Shown piece after piece: positions 23,315 to 33,068 of a stretch of 40,900 bases of DNA. The translations under genes were made by a program, and so were the position numbers. The notes beneath the pieces are model-generated. The model was not told the DNA's origin. It saw nothing but the letters and a program-made list of their open reading frames with translations, and searched no databases. Source of the stretch: Limisphaerales bacterium (lineage in GTDB: Bacteria > Verrucomicrobiota > Verrucomicrobiia > Limisphaerales > SIBE01); contig JBGAIN010000064.1 of NCBI GenBank assembly GCA_044225505.1, positions 1 to 40,900 of the forward strand, given 5' to 3'. Numbering within the stretch: the stretch's first letter is position 1; the number at the start of each line of letters is the position of its first letter.

Positions 23315-23391
23315 GTTCTCTTTTCTTCCCGCGTCAGTAGTCCGCTCCTCGGGTACCCATAGCCCAGTATAACTTAGCAGAACTGGTCTGG

Positions 23392-25563
23392 TCACGTTTG
23401 AGCGGACCGCATCATCAAAGCACGGACCAGCTTCAGCTGGCCGTAATCGTAACGCCCTTCGAGTGACTGAAAAACAGGCGACAAAGGTTCGAAGCCGAGC
23501 TTCGTGAAAGCAGCGACAATTTCATCCTGCGCCTCAGCGCCGATCAACTGGTTCAAGTCGAGCTCCTCCTTTGCGAGCAACGCGTCCGCTAAGTGCCCAT
23601 AGATCGTGCCGGTGGAAAGTGAGCGGTTCGAGGCAATTTGCTCGATTGACTCGCCTGAGCGCCAGCGGCGCAGCGTTTCTCGAACGGTTTCTGAACAGCC
23701 CGTTCGAGTTGGAGGGCTAAGCGGAACCGATGGACTGGCAAAAGCCTGTCGCGGGACATTTTGCAGGTAGGCAGCAATTTCGCCCAGAAAAACGGCTCCG
23801 AACTCCTCGAGCTTCTTATGCCCAACTCCATTGATCCGGCTGAACTCATGCTCATCAGCAGGATGTTCACGAGCCATTTGGCGCAGGGAAGCGTCTGAGA
23901 ATATGATGTAGGGCGGAACACGGCGTTCCTCGGCCAGATGTTTGCGCCGTTGGCGCAATCGTTCGAAGAGAACCTCATCACAGTCGATCTCTCCAGCCAG
24001 TCGTACTTTGGCTGCGGGAGCACTCATGACTTTGGTCAGCATCACGGTCTGGCGTTGTTTCAGAGCGCCCAACCCTGCAGCGGTGAGCGACAGCACATTG
24101 AACTTCTCCGGATTCTGAGCCACGAATCCATAACGGATCAGTTGGCGGCCGATGGCTTTCCATTCGGGTTTCGTGTGTTCCTGACCAATGCCATAAGTGG
24201 AGACCTGGTGATGGTTCCATTTGCGCACATTTTCCGTGTCGGCGCCCGCGAGCACTTCCACGATCTGATTGATGCCGAAGTCAATGCCGCTCTGCTGATG
24301 AACTCGATAAATGCAGGATAGGAATTTTTGGGCAGCCAGCGTGCCGTCGTACGTTTCACGTGGGGTAAGGCAGTTGTCGCAGCCGTGGCAATTCTCTTCC
24401 GGGTACTCCTCACTGAAATAATGCAGCAACTCACGTCGGCGGCAGGTGGCGCTTTCGGCGTACTGAACCATTTGGTCCATTTGCTGGCGGGCAAAGGTCC
24501 GCTCCTGAGGCGGCTTTTCATCAATGAAGCGCAATTGCTTTACGACGTCGCCAGCGCTGAACAGCAAAAGGCAGTCGCTCGGCAAGCCGTCACGTCCAGC
24601 TCGGCCAGTCTCCTGATAATAGCCTTCGATACTCTTGGGCAAATCATGATGAATCACAAATCGGACGTTGGGTTTGTTGATGCCCATGCCGAAAGCGATC
24701 GTCGCGCAAATGACCTGAACCTCATCGCGGAGGAAGAGTTCCTGATGCTGCGTGCGCTCTTCCGAAGTCAGGCCCGCATGATACGGTTTCGCTCGGATTC
24801 CATCCTCGACCAACTGTTCCGCCAAACTCTCGGCAGTTTTACGAGCTTGGCAATAGACAATGCCACTCTCTTTGTGACGCGCTTTGACCCATTGCAGCAC
24901 TTGCGAATAAGCCTGGTTCTTGGCCACAACTCGGTAGGTTAAGTTCGGACGGTTGAAGCTGGCCACGTAACAACCCGGGTCGCGCAGCTGGAGCTGCGAG
25001 ATGATGTCGTTCCGGACAAACTCTGTGGCCGTCGCCGTCAATGCCATCCTGGGCACTTCCGGGAGGAGTTTGCGGAGTGTGGCCAGTTGACGGTACTCGG
25101 GCCTGAAATCGTGACCCCAATCGCTGATGCAATGCGCCTCATCAATGGCTAGCAAATTCACTTTCCAACGCTGCAAGTCCGAGAGGAAACCGGGCATCAT
25201 CAGCCGCTCGGGCGCAACGTAGAGGAGTCGATACTGACCCTGATGTAGCCCGCGCAATCGGTCGGCTGAATCTGCTCCGGTCAGTGATGAATTGAGAAAG
25301 GTCGCTGGAATGCCTGCCGCATTCAGACTATCGACCTGATCCTTCATCAACGCAATCAGGGGAGAGACCACCACGGTCAGACCCGGTCGAACCATCGCGG
25401 GCAACTGAAAACAAAGCGATTTACCTCCACCGGTGGGCAACAACGCGAAAACATCTTTGCCCGCGAGCACATCCCGGATGATTTCCTCCTGCAACGGACG
25501 AAACGAGCCAAACCCGAAGTGTTCCTTCAGCAACGGCAGCAGCGGTGGAAAAACCGACTCCAT
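23392..25563 (-). CDS. recQ: ATP-dependent DNA helicase RecQ
   Basis: LPTGGGKSLCFQLP, DEAHCISDWGHDFRPEY, YYQETGRAGRDG, Zn-binding CRR..CHGCDNC, winged helix, HRDC and C-terminal HTH. Confidence 0.96.
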   Translation of the reverse strand: MESVFPPLLPLLKEHFGFGSFRPLQEEIIRDVLAGKDVFALLPTGGGKSLCFQLPAMVRPGLTVVVSPLIALMKDQVDSLNAAGIPATFLNSSLTGADSADRLRGLHQGQYRLLYVAPERLMMPGFLSDLQRWKVNLLAIDEAHCISDWGHDFRPEYRQLATLRKLLPEVPRMALTATATEFVRNDIISQLQLRDPGCYVASFNRPNLTYRVVAKNQAYSQVLQWVKARHKESGIVYCQARKTAESLAEQLVEDGIRAKPYHAGLTSEERTQHQELFLRDEVQVICATIAFGMGINKPNVRFVIHHDLPKSIEGYYQETGRAGRDGLPSDCLLLFSAGDVVKQLRFIDEKPPQERTFARQQMDQMVQYAESATCRRRELLHYFSEEYPEENCHGCDNCLTPRETYDGTLAAQKFLSCIYRVHQQSGIDFGINQIVEVLAGADTENVRKWNHHQVSTYGIGQEHTKPEWKAIGRQLIRYGFVAQNPEKFNVLSLTAAGLGALKQRQTVMLTKVMSAPAAKVRLAGEIDCDEVLFERLRQRRKHLAEERRVPPYIIFSDASLRQMAREHPADEHEFSRINGVGHKKLEEFGAVFLGEIAAYLQNVPRQAFASPSVPLSPPTRTGCSETVRETLRRWRSGESIEQIASNRSLSTGTIYGHLADALLAKEELDLNQLIGAEAQDEIVAAFTKLGFEPLSPVFQSLEGRYDYGQLKLVRALMMRSAQT

Positions 25564-25785
25564 GCCTGAGAGTCTACATAGACTGCGCGACTTGTTAAAG
25601 AACGGAGAATGGGACCACTTTGTATCGGGTGTGATTAGAGTGAGGTGAGATTGGCTAACATTTCCCTTGGAGCGCGGCTATGCCGAGTCCGACGAGGTTA
25701 GCCGGAGCATCTCCAATCTTCTGCGGATCGTGCTGCGCGACAAACTAGGCCGAAATAACAGGGCGTAAGGCGATTTTCTCTGGGC

Positions 25786-27576
25786 TCAGGCTCCTGGGCA
25801 GCCAGCCGAGGCCATATCCGCCCAGAGGTTTCGCCGCCGCCGATATACGGTCTTCCACTGGGCCAACTGCTTGGCGTAGGCGGTTGGATTCACCTCCGAA
25901 AAAGCCCGCATCCATTTCGCCGATTCTCGATAATAGGTTCCGCTTTCACCGGGTGGCGGCACTAAAGTGTGCAAGTGTTGTTCCCAGACTGGCCTGACCT
26001 CAATTCGCTCAGCCTTGTCTCCCAAAGAAGCCAAGGCTTGCCTGAGACTCTTCTCCATATCATGCGATATCTTCAGAGCTGGAACCAATACTTCAGAGTG
26101 GAACGTGCCGCAGATGGCGCTAAACTCGCTGTGCCGTGGCAGAAACCGTGTGAGCAACGCGAGCGACCTCCAGTTTTTCTGGAAGAACGAAGCGTGTTTG
26201 CGGCAATTCTCCAGCCATCGATCGACATGCTCCAGAAAGCTCGCCTGGCTCCGGGCCGGATCTCGCTGCGCATCCAGCAAACGATGAACCCAGGAGTCAG
26301 TCGCCTGCTCATTCAAGCTTTCCGGTGAGGCGCACGCAGTTGCGATTCGTTGCCGCCATTCGGGAAACAATCGCCGAGCCGCCTTCTGATTGGCCGGGTC
26401 GGATTCATATTCACGGAAGGCATCCAGGATGACGTCCCAGTCTTCGGGCGATCTCAGGATTGTGCGTTGCAGACGCAGGCTGGCGACCCGCCCGCGCTTG
26501 CCACATTGAGTGGCCGTGCTTTCCCACTGGTTGAGCAGGCGAAGCATTGCCTCACCTTCTTCGGGCGGACGGTGGTAGCGCGATTCCGGTAAGAGCATCG
26601 TTTCGGGACGCCATGGCTCGTCGCCGGACCATCTCAGCAAGGTAGATAATGTCAACGAGATGAATTCTTCGGCTGCCGCGTGATCCTGGCACGCCAACGC
26701 GTGGTCTATCAGTGGCTCTCCGTAACGCCAATCCTGAGGAAGGTGTTCCTCGCAGGTTTGGAGGTGGGCGGCGGGATCAAAGCGGTTTTCGTAGCCATGT
26801 TGAATCCGGTGCCACAAGGAGCGACGGTCGGCGAGTCTCTCGCGAAAAAGGGGCTCGCGCAAATAGGCGTGGATCTCGCGGCATACATCTTTCGGCAACT
26901 TGGAGAAGAACTGAGTGGCAGCGTCGCGGTCTAGTTTGGTGTGCTTATCAGACTGGTCGAGGTTGCGGATGGCGTCGACCAGCTGATGACCGGGCTGGGA
27001 TTGGTCAGCCATTCCGAACCACGTCCACCGCAGCACGCAGGAACTGGCGCCTGGACCCAGCACAAAATTATCGTCCACTGGTTGGAACCACTCCGGCAGG
27101 GACCGCATGTTCTCGTTCAGCTCCTGCAGGCTATCCAAAAACAGATCCGGCTTTCCGATCAATGGGAAAGCGTGGTCGATCCACTCCGCAAGCCGGTTCG
27201 CGTCTTCCTCCAAGTCTTTCTCCAGGGCCGCATGATCAAGATAGGGTGGGTGCCAGTGCTCTCTATGGTTCGCGTAGGGCCCTTTTTCGTCGGCCACGTT
27301 CGCTATACGGGTTTCCCAGGATTTCCAAAGACCGTTCCATATCTGAATAGTCTTTTGTGAGGATGGAGTTGGCATCGGCTGCCGGCCCGGAGCATCTAAA
27401 ATCCGCCGCACCGTATCCGCAAGATCCCGGTCAGCTTCCCGAAGCCGATCCTCCACCGCGCGCAGTTGGCCGGTCTCGGCGGCGACGTGTAGGAGGGTCT
27501 GGAGTTGCTCATCCGTAAGAGCCGCTCGGAGCTGAGCGCCGAGATTGTCAGGCGATGATGTCCGCTCGCTGCTCAT
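25786..27576 (-). CDS. Hypothetical alpha-helical protein (~596 aa)
   Basis: Long ORF with likely start ATG at 27576 (MSSERTS). The C-terminal WKTVYRRRRNLWADM recalls the tails of SWIM-associated helical proteins. Confidence 0.72.
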   Translation of the reverse strand: MSSERTSSPDNLGAQLRAALTDEQLQTLLHVAAETGQLRAVEDRLREADRDLADTVRRILDAPGRQPMPTPSSQKTIQIWNGLWKSWETRIANVADEKGPYANHREHWHPPYLDHAALEKDLEEDANRLAEWIDHAFPLIGKPDLFLDSLQELNENMRSLPEWFQPVDDNFVLGPGASSCVLRWTWFGMADQSQPGHQLVDAIRNLDQSDKHTKLDRDAATQFFSKLPKDVCREIHAYLREPLFRERLADRRSLWHRIQHGYENRFDPAAHLQTCEEHLPQDWRYGEPLIDHALACQDHAAAEEFISLTLSTLLRWSGDEPWRPETMLLPESRYHRPPEEGEAMLRLLNQWESTATQCGKRGRVASLRLQRTILRSPEDWDVILDAFREYESDPANQKAARRLFPEWRQRIATACASPESLNEQATDSWVHRLLDAQRDPARSQASFLEHVDRWLENCRKHASFFQKNWRSLALLTRFLPRHSEFSAICGTFHSEVLVPALKISHDMEKSLRQALASLGDKAERIEVRPVWEQHLHTLVPPPGESGTYYRESAKWMRAFSEVNPTAYAKQLAQWKTVYRRRRNLWADMASAGCPGA

Positions 27577-28462
27577 AGTCAGGTGTGAGTTGCAAGGTGG
27601 CGTTTGGAGTGAGTGTCGCTTTTGAACGAGCGCAATCAGCCAGAATGCGTTTCCAGCCATTGCGGGCCGCAACAGCGTCTGTCAGAAGGTCCTGCAACTC
27701 GGCCTGATCGACACGCCGATCCATCTGGTTCGCACTGCTTGCGTACTGCGCTAGAAGCGCAATGCGTTCGACTCTCCCATGCGTCTGCTCCAGTATCCGG
27801 CTGTAAATTTCGCAGGCGTAGGCAAACGTTTCCCGCTTGGCAAAGGCAATGTCGAGCAACCACTCTTTGCGGCGCGAATGCGCCAGCCCCAGAGTGTGGC
27901 TCTTGCAGTTGTGGAAGATATGAGCAACTTCGTGCACCACGTAATCGGCAAAGGGATCCTCTTCGGCGAAATACTCCATTGAGACGTAACAAGTGGTCTC
28001 GATGCTGAGCCCCACCGGCTTCTCCTTGTCGCTCAGCGACGGTGCCCGAAGACTGTCGAGATACATGTTGCCGAGGGTCCACGCTGTTTCAAGATAAGCG
28101 ATTTCGCGGATGACTCTCTCGATTGATTCGCGAGTTAGAAAGACGATCGAGCGCTCAGCCGTCGCAAGCACCGTTTCGCATTCGTCGCCACGAAACAGTC
28201 CGCGAATCATCGGCGTCACCTTGCGGCGGACCCATGCCGTGGAATTCATATCTGGCGGGGTGTGCTTATGCTCGCGCCCAGCTGCGCGCTGCCGGACCTC
28301 TTTCAGGAGGGCGGCGCGCAGGGTGCTTTCGCAGACTGTGATACGTTCCAAAGCATGTCTGCCAGGAAAGGCCGTGCCAACAGGATCTGACTCGCCGGTT
28401 GCCAGGAAATGAGCGACGGCTCGCTCAACAGCGGGCGATTCAGACTTGGTGCTTTCGATCAT
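27548..28462 (-). CDS. Hypothetical protein with HExxH motif
   Basis: ~304-aa ORF from ATG 28462, with DYVVHEVAHIFH followed by RETFAYACE. Confidence 0.75.
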   Translation of the reverse strand: MIESTKSESPAVERAVAHFLATGESDPVGTAFPGRHALERITVCESTLRAALLKEVRQRAAGREHKHTPPDMNSTAWVRRKVTPMIRGLFRGDECETVLATAERSIVFLTRESIERVIREIAYLETAWTLGNMYLDSLRAPSLSDKEKPVGLSIETTCYVSMEYFAEEDPFADYVVHEVAHIFHNCKSHTLGLAHSRRKEWLLDIAFAKRETFAYACEIYSRILEQTHGRVERIALLAQYASSANQMDRRVDQAELQDLLTDAVAARNGWKRILADCARSKATLTPNATLQLTPDYEQRADIIA

Positions 28463-28592
28463 CACGGGGACTCTACCGTGCAAGGCGGGCGGAGAGAAGG
28501 AAACACCAGAGGGGCCAGCATCCACTTCCAGGGCAGGTGACCCGACAGCACACAACGATTTACTCAGCTGAAGGTTTCGTTAGAATAAGGCC

Positions 28593-29219
28593 GTGACGAA
28601 GCCAACATCCATTTCATCTTCCCGAGCGCTTCCTCTCGGACGGATTCTGCAGTTGAGGATCGCGTTGCGCTATATCGAACCGCCGATTTGGCGGCGGGTG
28701 CTGGTTCGCGACGATTGGCTCCTGGGAGAGTTGCATCCGGTGTTTGTGCGCGTTATGGGGTGGGCTGGTTACCACTTGCACGCGTTCCGATTTGGTGGCG
28801 GTTTCCGGCAGGATGAGTATTCCACCGAGAGCATGGCGATGGAAGCTGGGCCTCGGGTGCGCGATGAGAATTCCGTGCGTATCGGCGATGTCGTTCATCG
28901 CAAAGGGCAAGTTTTCACCTACGAATACGATTTCGGAGACTCTTGGTTGCACGCAGTGAAAGTCGAAAAGGTTCTGCCATCCGATCCTGAGGCCATCTTG
29001 CCCGTTTGCCTGGCAGGAGCGCGCGCGTGCCCGCCGGAGGACTGTGGCAGTTTTCCCGGCTACACCCGCGTTCTTCGCGTCCTCGCGAAGGCAGAAAACA
29101 AGGAGGATCGCTCTCTCCGCGACTGGGTTGGCTCGTATAACCCGGAGGCCTTTGACCTCGCAGCTGTGAACAGATCGCTGCAGTCCTTGCCAAAGACAAG
29201 GGGCGTGGCAAAGAACTGA
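28593..29219 (+). CDS. Plasmid pRiA4b ORF-3 family protein (IS1096 passenger TnpR-like)
   Basis: PPIWRRVLV, MGW..YHLHAF, YEYDFGDSWLH, GARACPPEDCG. Confidence 0.9.
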   Translation: MTKPTSISSSRALPLGRILQLRIALRYIEPPIWRRVLVRDDWLLGELHPVFVRVMGWAGYHLHAFRFGGGFRQDEYSTESMAMEAGPRVRDENSVRIGDVVHRKGQVFTYEYDFGDSWLHAVKVEKVLPSDPEAILPVCLAGARACPPEDCGSFPGYTRVLRVLAKAENKEDRSLRDWVGSYNPEAFDLAAVNRSLQSLPKTRGVAKN

Positions 29220-29243
29220 AAGCGCGACGGTTCCCCAACGCAG

Positions 29244-29643
29244 ATGCCAGGTAAATCATTCATTCCGCAGAAACTCAGGCCGTGGATCGAAGCCCGAAAG
29301 CATTTCCACCTGAGCCACGCCCAGGTGCAGATGGCGCGAGTTGGGCATGAATCCAGAGAAACTCGGCAAATTGGACAATCAAAAACAGGAGCGATGGAAG
29401 CTGCCTTTGCCGCTGTTCATCGAGGAGTGTTACTTCAAGCGCTTTGCTAAAGCGCGGCCAGACGACTGTCGCTCCATTGAGATCAAGGTTGCCGAAAAGA
29501 GGGCAAAGAAAGCGGCGATGCGACAGACCGAGAATCCCCAGATTCCTCCGGTTGAGGCAGATCTTCGACGGCGGCGCTGTGGCCCAGTCCTGATTACAGA
29601 TGTCGTTTGGCGAATGTCCGGCCTGGCTCACTCTTCAAAATAG
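29244..29643 (+). pseudogene. Small conserved hypothetical gene interrupted by a frameshift
   Basis: WIEARKHFHLSHAQVQMAR in one frame continues as LGMNPEKLGKLDNQKQERWKLPLPLFIEECYFKRF in another. Adding 2 nt at CGAG|TTG (29337-29341) restores MARELGMNP. Confidence 0.7.
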
Positions 29644-29832
29644 CAGCTCGAACGCGGTAGTTTTGGCCTGACGCAAAGGCAATGGCCGTTTCGATCCTGC
29701 ACGGTTTGGACTTCGGGGTTGCGTGAAATCACCAGCGGTTTAGCCACAGGCGCTTGCGTAGATCGTCGGTCAAATCGGTATACGAGCTCCTGCAACTTGA
29801 AGGAACTCCAGGATGTAAATGTAGTGGAAATG
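29594..29832 (-). pseudogene. Degenerate GIY-YIG nuclease gene
   Basis: Minus-strand reading: HYIYIL.. /fs/ YTDLTDDLRKRL..*..KPCRIETAIAF..(AFE in shifted frame)..LKSEPGRTFAKRHL*. This matches the small GIY-YIG pattern YVYIL..YTG.T.DL..RL..H, F(E)..LK...GR.F, with frameshifts and a stop. Confidence 0.68.
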
Positions 29833-29988
29833 GCCTGACGCTGAATCCATGTCGCTCCTTCCTGGACCGTCTGAATCGATGTTGCCAACGGTGATGTCGG
29901 TTGCCGTAGCCGAACAGGAACCGAACTGCGCGTCTGATTTCGTCCCGCGGACGGGATCGATAGCAAGTAGCTCGCCTCCGGCAAAGGC

Positions 29989-30064
29989 TGGTGGAGCCGA
30001 GGGGAGTCGAACCCCTGACCTTCTCATTGCGAACGAGACGCTCTACCAACTGAGCTACGACCCC
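29989..30064 (-). tRNA. tRNA-Ala (anticodon CGC)
   Basis: GGGGTCGTAGCTCAGTTGGTAGAGCGTCTCGTTCGCAATGAGAAGGTCAGGGGTTCGACTCCCCTCGGCTCCACCA. Cloverleaf, G3:U70 pair, TTCGA T-loop and encoded CCA. Confidence 0.96.
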
Positions 30065-30213
30065 ATCCAGAACGGACATTATTATGCCTGGACTTAGACT
30101 GACCGCAAGTCGTTAATCGCGGCGCCGCAGAAATGTCAGGAACCGGGCTTTGGGAGCCGGTTTTGGATCTGGTCGAGCGACAAAAGCCAGTCGAGACTGC
30201 TCCCGAAGGGAGC

Positions 30214-32259
30214 TCAGCGCGGTTCCTCAATCAATTCCAGGCCAACTTCGCGCGGTGTGGGAAGGGATCGGTCCGGTTTTGCCGCCAATCTCACGCGGGC
30301 CAAGTCTGCGATCTCGGTCTCATACACCTGCGCCAGATCGTGATAGCGTTTCCGCGTCCAATCGAGCGCGTAAGGTTTGTTTTCCCGTGACCACAATTCG
30401 GCGAATCGTTCTCCGAGGGCAGCGTGGGCATCGCGATTCGCTCTTAGCTGGACTTCGATCTGCTGGAGCAACGGAAGCGCCTGTTCCAAGGAGGATCTGC
30501 GTGCTTGGCGGTAGAGCAGGGCGGCGTCCATCCGGTCGAGTTCGCGCTGCATGCAAAGTTCCAGCCGTTGGGCTCCAAACAAGAAATAGTCCAGCAGCCC
30601 CCCATTCGTCGTCGCGGCTTTTTGACATGTCCGCAGATCAGCAATGGCTTGCCGAATCGGTTTGAGGTTGGTTTCCCATTGTTCACGAGCCGACGGAATC
30701 GTGCGGACCTTGACGGGCCCAAAATTGAATTTCCAAAATGTGCTGTTGGGAACGCCGTCGATTCCAGGGGTCATGAGCGACTGGATCGCCCGCCCGAAGG
30801 CGTCACCATTTTCTCCGTAGATCACGGCGCCAAGACGGCGTTGGAAATCTTCGGAGCGGGTTTTCGAGCCGGACCAGGCACATTCTGCGCCCCAGGCAAA
30901 GGCGTGCCAATTGGGTGCGTTAAAGGTCTCACCATCATCGTCCCACGCGGTGTTCAGCATGCCTCGGGCGCCGAATCGCAAGCCGTCGCGCACGAAGTTT
31001 TGAATATTTGTCACGGTTGGTCCAAAGGCGGGAAGGATACGGTTCCAGCCGTTCGCCCCTGGGCAAACCAGAAAGTCATACCCAGCCTTCGCGAAGGGAG
31101 TGATCTGCTCGTCGAAGCTGGCACGAGGATCGTAACCCCACGTCAGCATGACGGTATCTTTGGGGATTTTGTGCAGTTGATCGGGATGGCGCAGGATGAT
31201 GTCGCCCCACATCATCATCCGCTTATGGTATTTGTTGGCAATGAGATCGTGAATTCGCCGGATGTGCTCGACGTAAAGTGCGCCCGGGCCGATCGCACTG
31301 GCGAGGGGTTTGGATGGACCTTCGCCAAGTCCGTCGGTTTCATCGCAACAGACGTTGAAGAAAGGGAACGGAAGGAGCGGGGCGACTTCTGAATAAAGGT
31401 CGTCCAAAAGGCGATACGTCCGGGGGGTGGTCGGGCAAAGGAGATAGGGAGTTTCGCGCAATGCCTCGTATTCGGGGTGAGCCAGAATAGCGGTAAAGTG
31501 TCCGAACGACTGCTGATTTCCCAGGATATTGATCCGTAACGGCTGGGCGAAGGCAACCAGCGCGGTGAGTTCCTCCGAGGTCAGTGACCCGTCTTTTGGG
31601 CCGATCACTGGGTGCTTCTGAAACGCAAACTGATGTTCCATGTAGTATGTGAAAAGATTCAGCTTGAGATAAGCGCCTAGAGCGACTTGTTGCTGAAGAT
31701 TCTGGAGCGTGGAGCTTGGTCCACGGGTAAGATCGTCTTGAAAAGCGCGCCATTCGAGCGCGGGCCAGTCTCGCACGCTCAAGGCTGGAATCGTGTGATT
31801 GTGACGATTCGCTCGGATCAATTGGCAAAGTGTTTGCCCTCCGTAAAAAAGTCCGCTTGGAGTTCGCGCGCTCACCAAAACCATGTCCGGCTGCACTTGC
31901 AGGGCGTATTCCTCCGGCCCTGCACCGTCGCGCAAGGGCAGCTTTTTGAGAGTCCGCCGGACGCGCGTGGAAAGGCAGAGCGTCTGTTGCGAGGTTTTCA
32001 CCGGACGCACGATCGGCGGCGCGTAGCCCGCCTGGACAAACTCGGCGCGGATTTGATCGCCTAAAATCTGAGCTTGCGATTGATTAATCTCCAGCACGAG
32101 GCGCCGGTTCAGGGCAAAGTTCCCCGCTTGAGCTTCCACCTCTTTGGGAAATGGAATGAGATTCAATGGTTGGAGATCCGCTGCTAATGGGGTGCTCGCG
32201 GCGAGCACCCATCCAATCCAACAGCAGCCAACGAGGACCGGCAGGCGCGTTGTTCTCAT
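30214..32259 (-). CDS. Secreted GH20-family beta-N-acetylhexosaminidase-like protein
   Basis: Signal peptide, LIPFPKEV, EEYALQV..GLFYGGQTLCQL, VRDWPAL.WR, catalytic CCDE, MMMWGD and NTAWDD. Confidence 0.88.
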   Translation of the reverse strand: MRTTRLPVLVGCCWIGWVLAASTPLAADLQPLNLIPFPKEVEAQAGNFALNRRLVLEINQSQAQILGDQIRAEFVQAGYAPPIVRPVKTSQQTLCLSTRVRRTLKKLPLRDGAGPEEYALQVQPDMVLVSARTPSGLFYGGQTLCQLIRANRHNHTIPALSVRDWPALEWRAFQDDLTRGPSSTLQNLQQQVALGAYLKLNLFTYYMEHQFAFQKHPVIGPKDGSLTSEELTALVAFAQPLRINILGNQQSFGHFTAILAHPEYEALRETPYLLCPTTPRTYRLLDDLYSEVAPLLPFPFFNVCCDETDGLGEGPSKPLASAIGPGALYVEHIRRIHDLIANKYHKRMMMWGDIILRHPDQLHKIPKDTVMLTWGYDPRASFDEQITPFAKAGYDFLVCPGANGWNRILPAFGPTVTNIQNFVRDGLRFGARGMLNTAWDDDGETFNAPNWHAFAWGAECAWSGSKTRSEDFQRRLGAVIYGENGDAFGRAIQSLMTPGIDGVPNSTFWKFNFGPVKVRTIPSAREQWETNLKPIRQAIADLRTCQKAATTNGGLLDYFLFGAQRLELCMQRELDRMDAALLYRQARRSSLEQALPLLQQIEVQLRANRDAHAALGERFAELWSRENKPYALDWTRKRYHDLAQVYETEIADLARVRLAAKPDRSLPTPREVGLELIEEPR

Positions 32260-32303
32260 TGATCCGTCCGATCAGGATCAGTCGCGAGGCCTTCGTCGAG
32301 TGT

Positions 32304-33041
32304 CTATAAGCCTCCGAACCGGCGATGCCGGCGGGCGTACTCTTCGAGGGCCTCGTAAAACTGGGCCTTGCGAAAATCAGGCCAGAGGGTTTGGGTTACG
32401 ACTAATTCAGCGTAAGAGATTTGCCAAAGGAGAAAATTGCTCACCCGCATTTCTCCGCTGGTCCGAATCAAGAGGTCAGGGTCCGGCCAGTGGCGCGTGT
32501 AAAGGTGACCCGCCAGGACTTTCTCGTTGATCTCCGCGGGTTCGATGCGTCCCTGTTTCACCTCGTTGGCAATACTCCGCACAGCATCCACGATTTCGGT
32601 CCGCCCTCCATAACTGAGAGCAAGGATCAGCGTTAATCCGTTGTTCTTGGACAACGCTGCTCGGGTCTTTTGCAGCTGATCCTGGACAAATTCTGGAAGT
32701 CGATAGATCTGGCCGATGGCTTCGAGTCGAACATTACTGCGATTCAGTTCCCCAATCTCCCCTTTCAAATATCTCGCCAGGTAGCGCATGAGTGTGTCGA
32801 CTTCGTCCTTCGGCCGGTTCCAATTCTCGACAGAGAAAGCGTAGAGGGTCAGATACTTGATTCCCGCCTCACCAGCCGTCCGGACGATGGTGCGGACCGA
32901 TTCGACTCCGTTGCGGTGCCCTTCGACGCGGGGAAGATGGCGTTGCTTGGCCCAACGCCCGTTGCCATCCATGATGATCGCGACATGCGAGGGCAACGAC
33001 GCCAACGCTTCACGGCTGAGATGAAGTCCTGCCGCTGTCAT
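32304..33041 (-). CDS. uppS: Undecaprenyl diphosphate synthase (cis-isoprenyl transferase)
   Basis: HVAIIMDGNGRWA, YAFSVENWNRP, DPDLLIRTSGEMRVSNFLLWQISYAE, RRFGG. Confidence 0.97.
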   Translation of the reverse strand: MTAAGLHLSREALASLPSHVAIIMDGNGRWAKQRHLPRVEGHRNGVESVRTIVRTAGEAGIKYLTLYAFSVENWNRPKDEVDTLMRYLARYLKGEIGELNRSNVRLEAIGQIYRLPEFVQDQLQKTRAALSKNNGLTLILALSYGGRTEIVDAVRSIANEVKQGRIEPAEINEKVLAGHLYTRHWPDPDLLIRTSGEMRVSNFLLWQISYAELVVTQTLWPDFRKAQFYEALEEYARRHRRFGGL

Positions 33042-33068
33042 GTTCCTGTTCTCTCACGTTTGGTTGTC

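Noticed and set aside
29729..30230. ORFs overlapping the tRNA
   Set aside because: These are translations of tRNA-Ala and the GIY-YIG relic.
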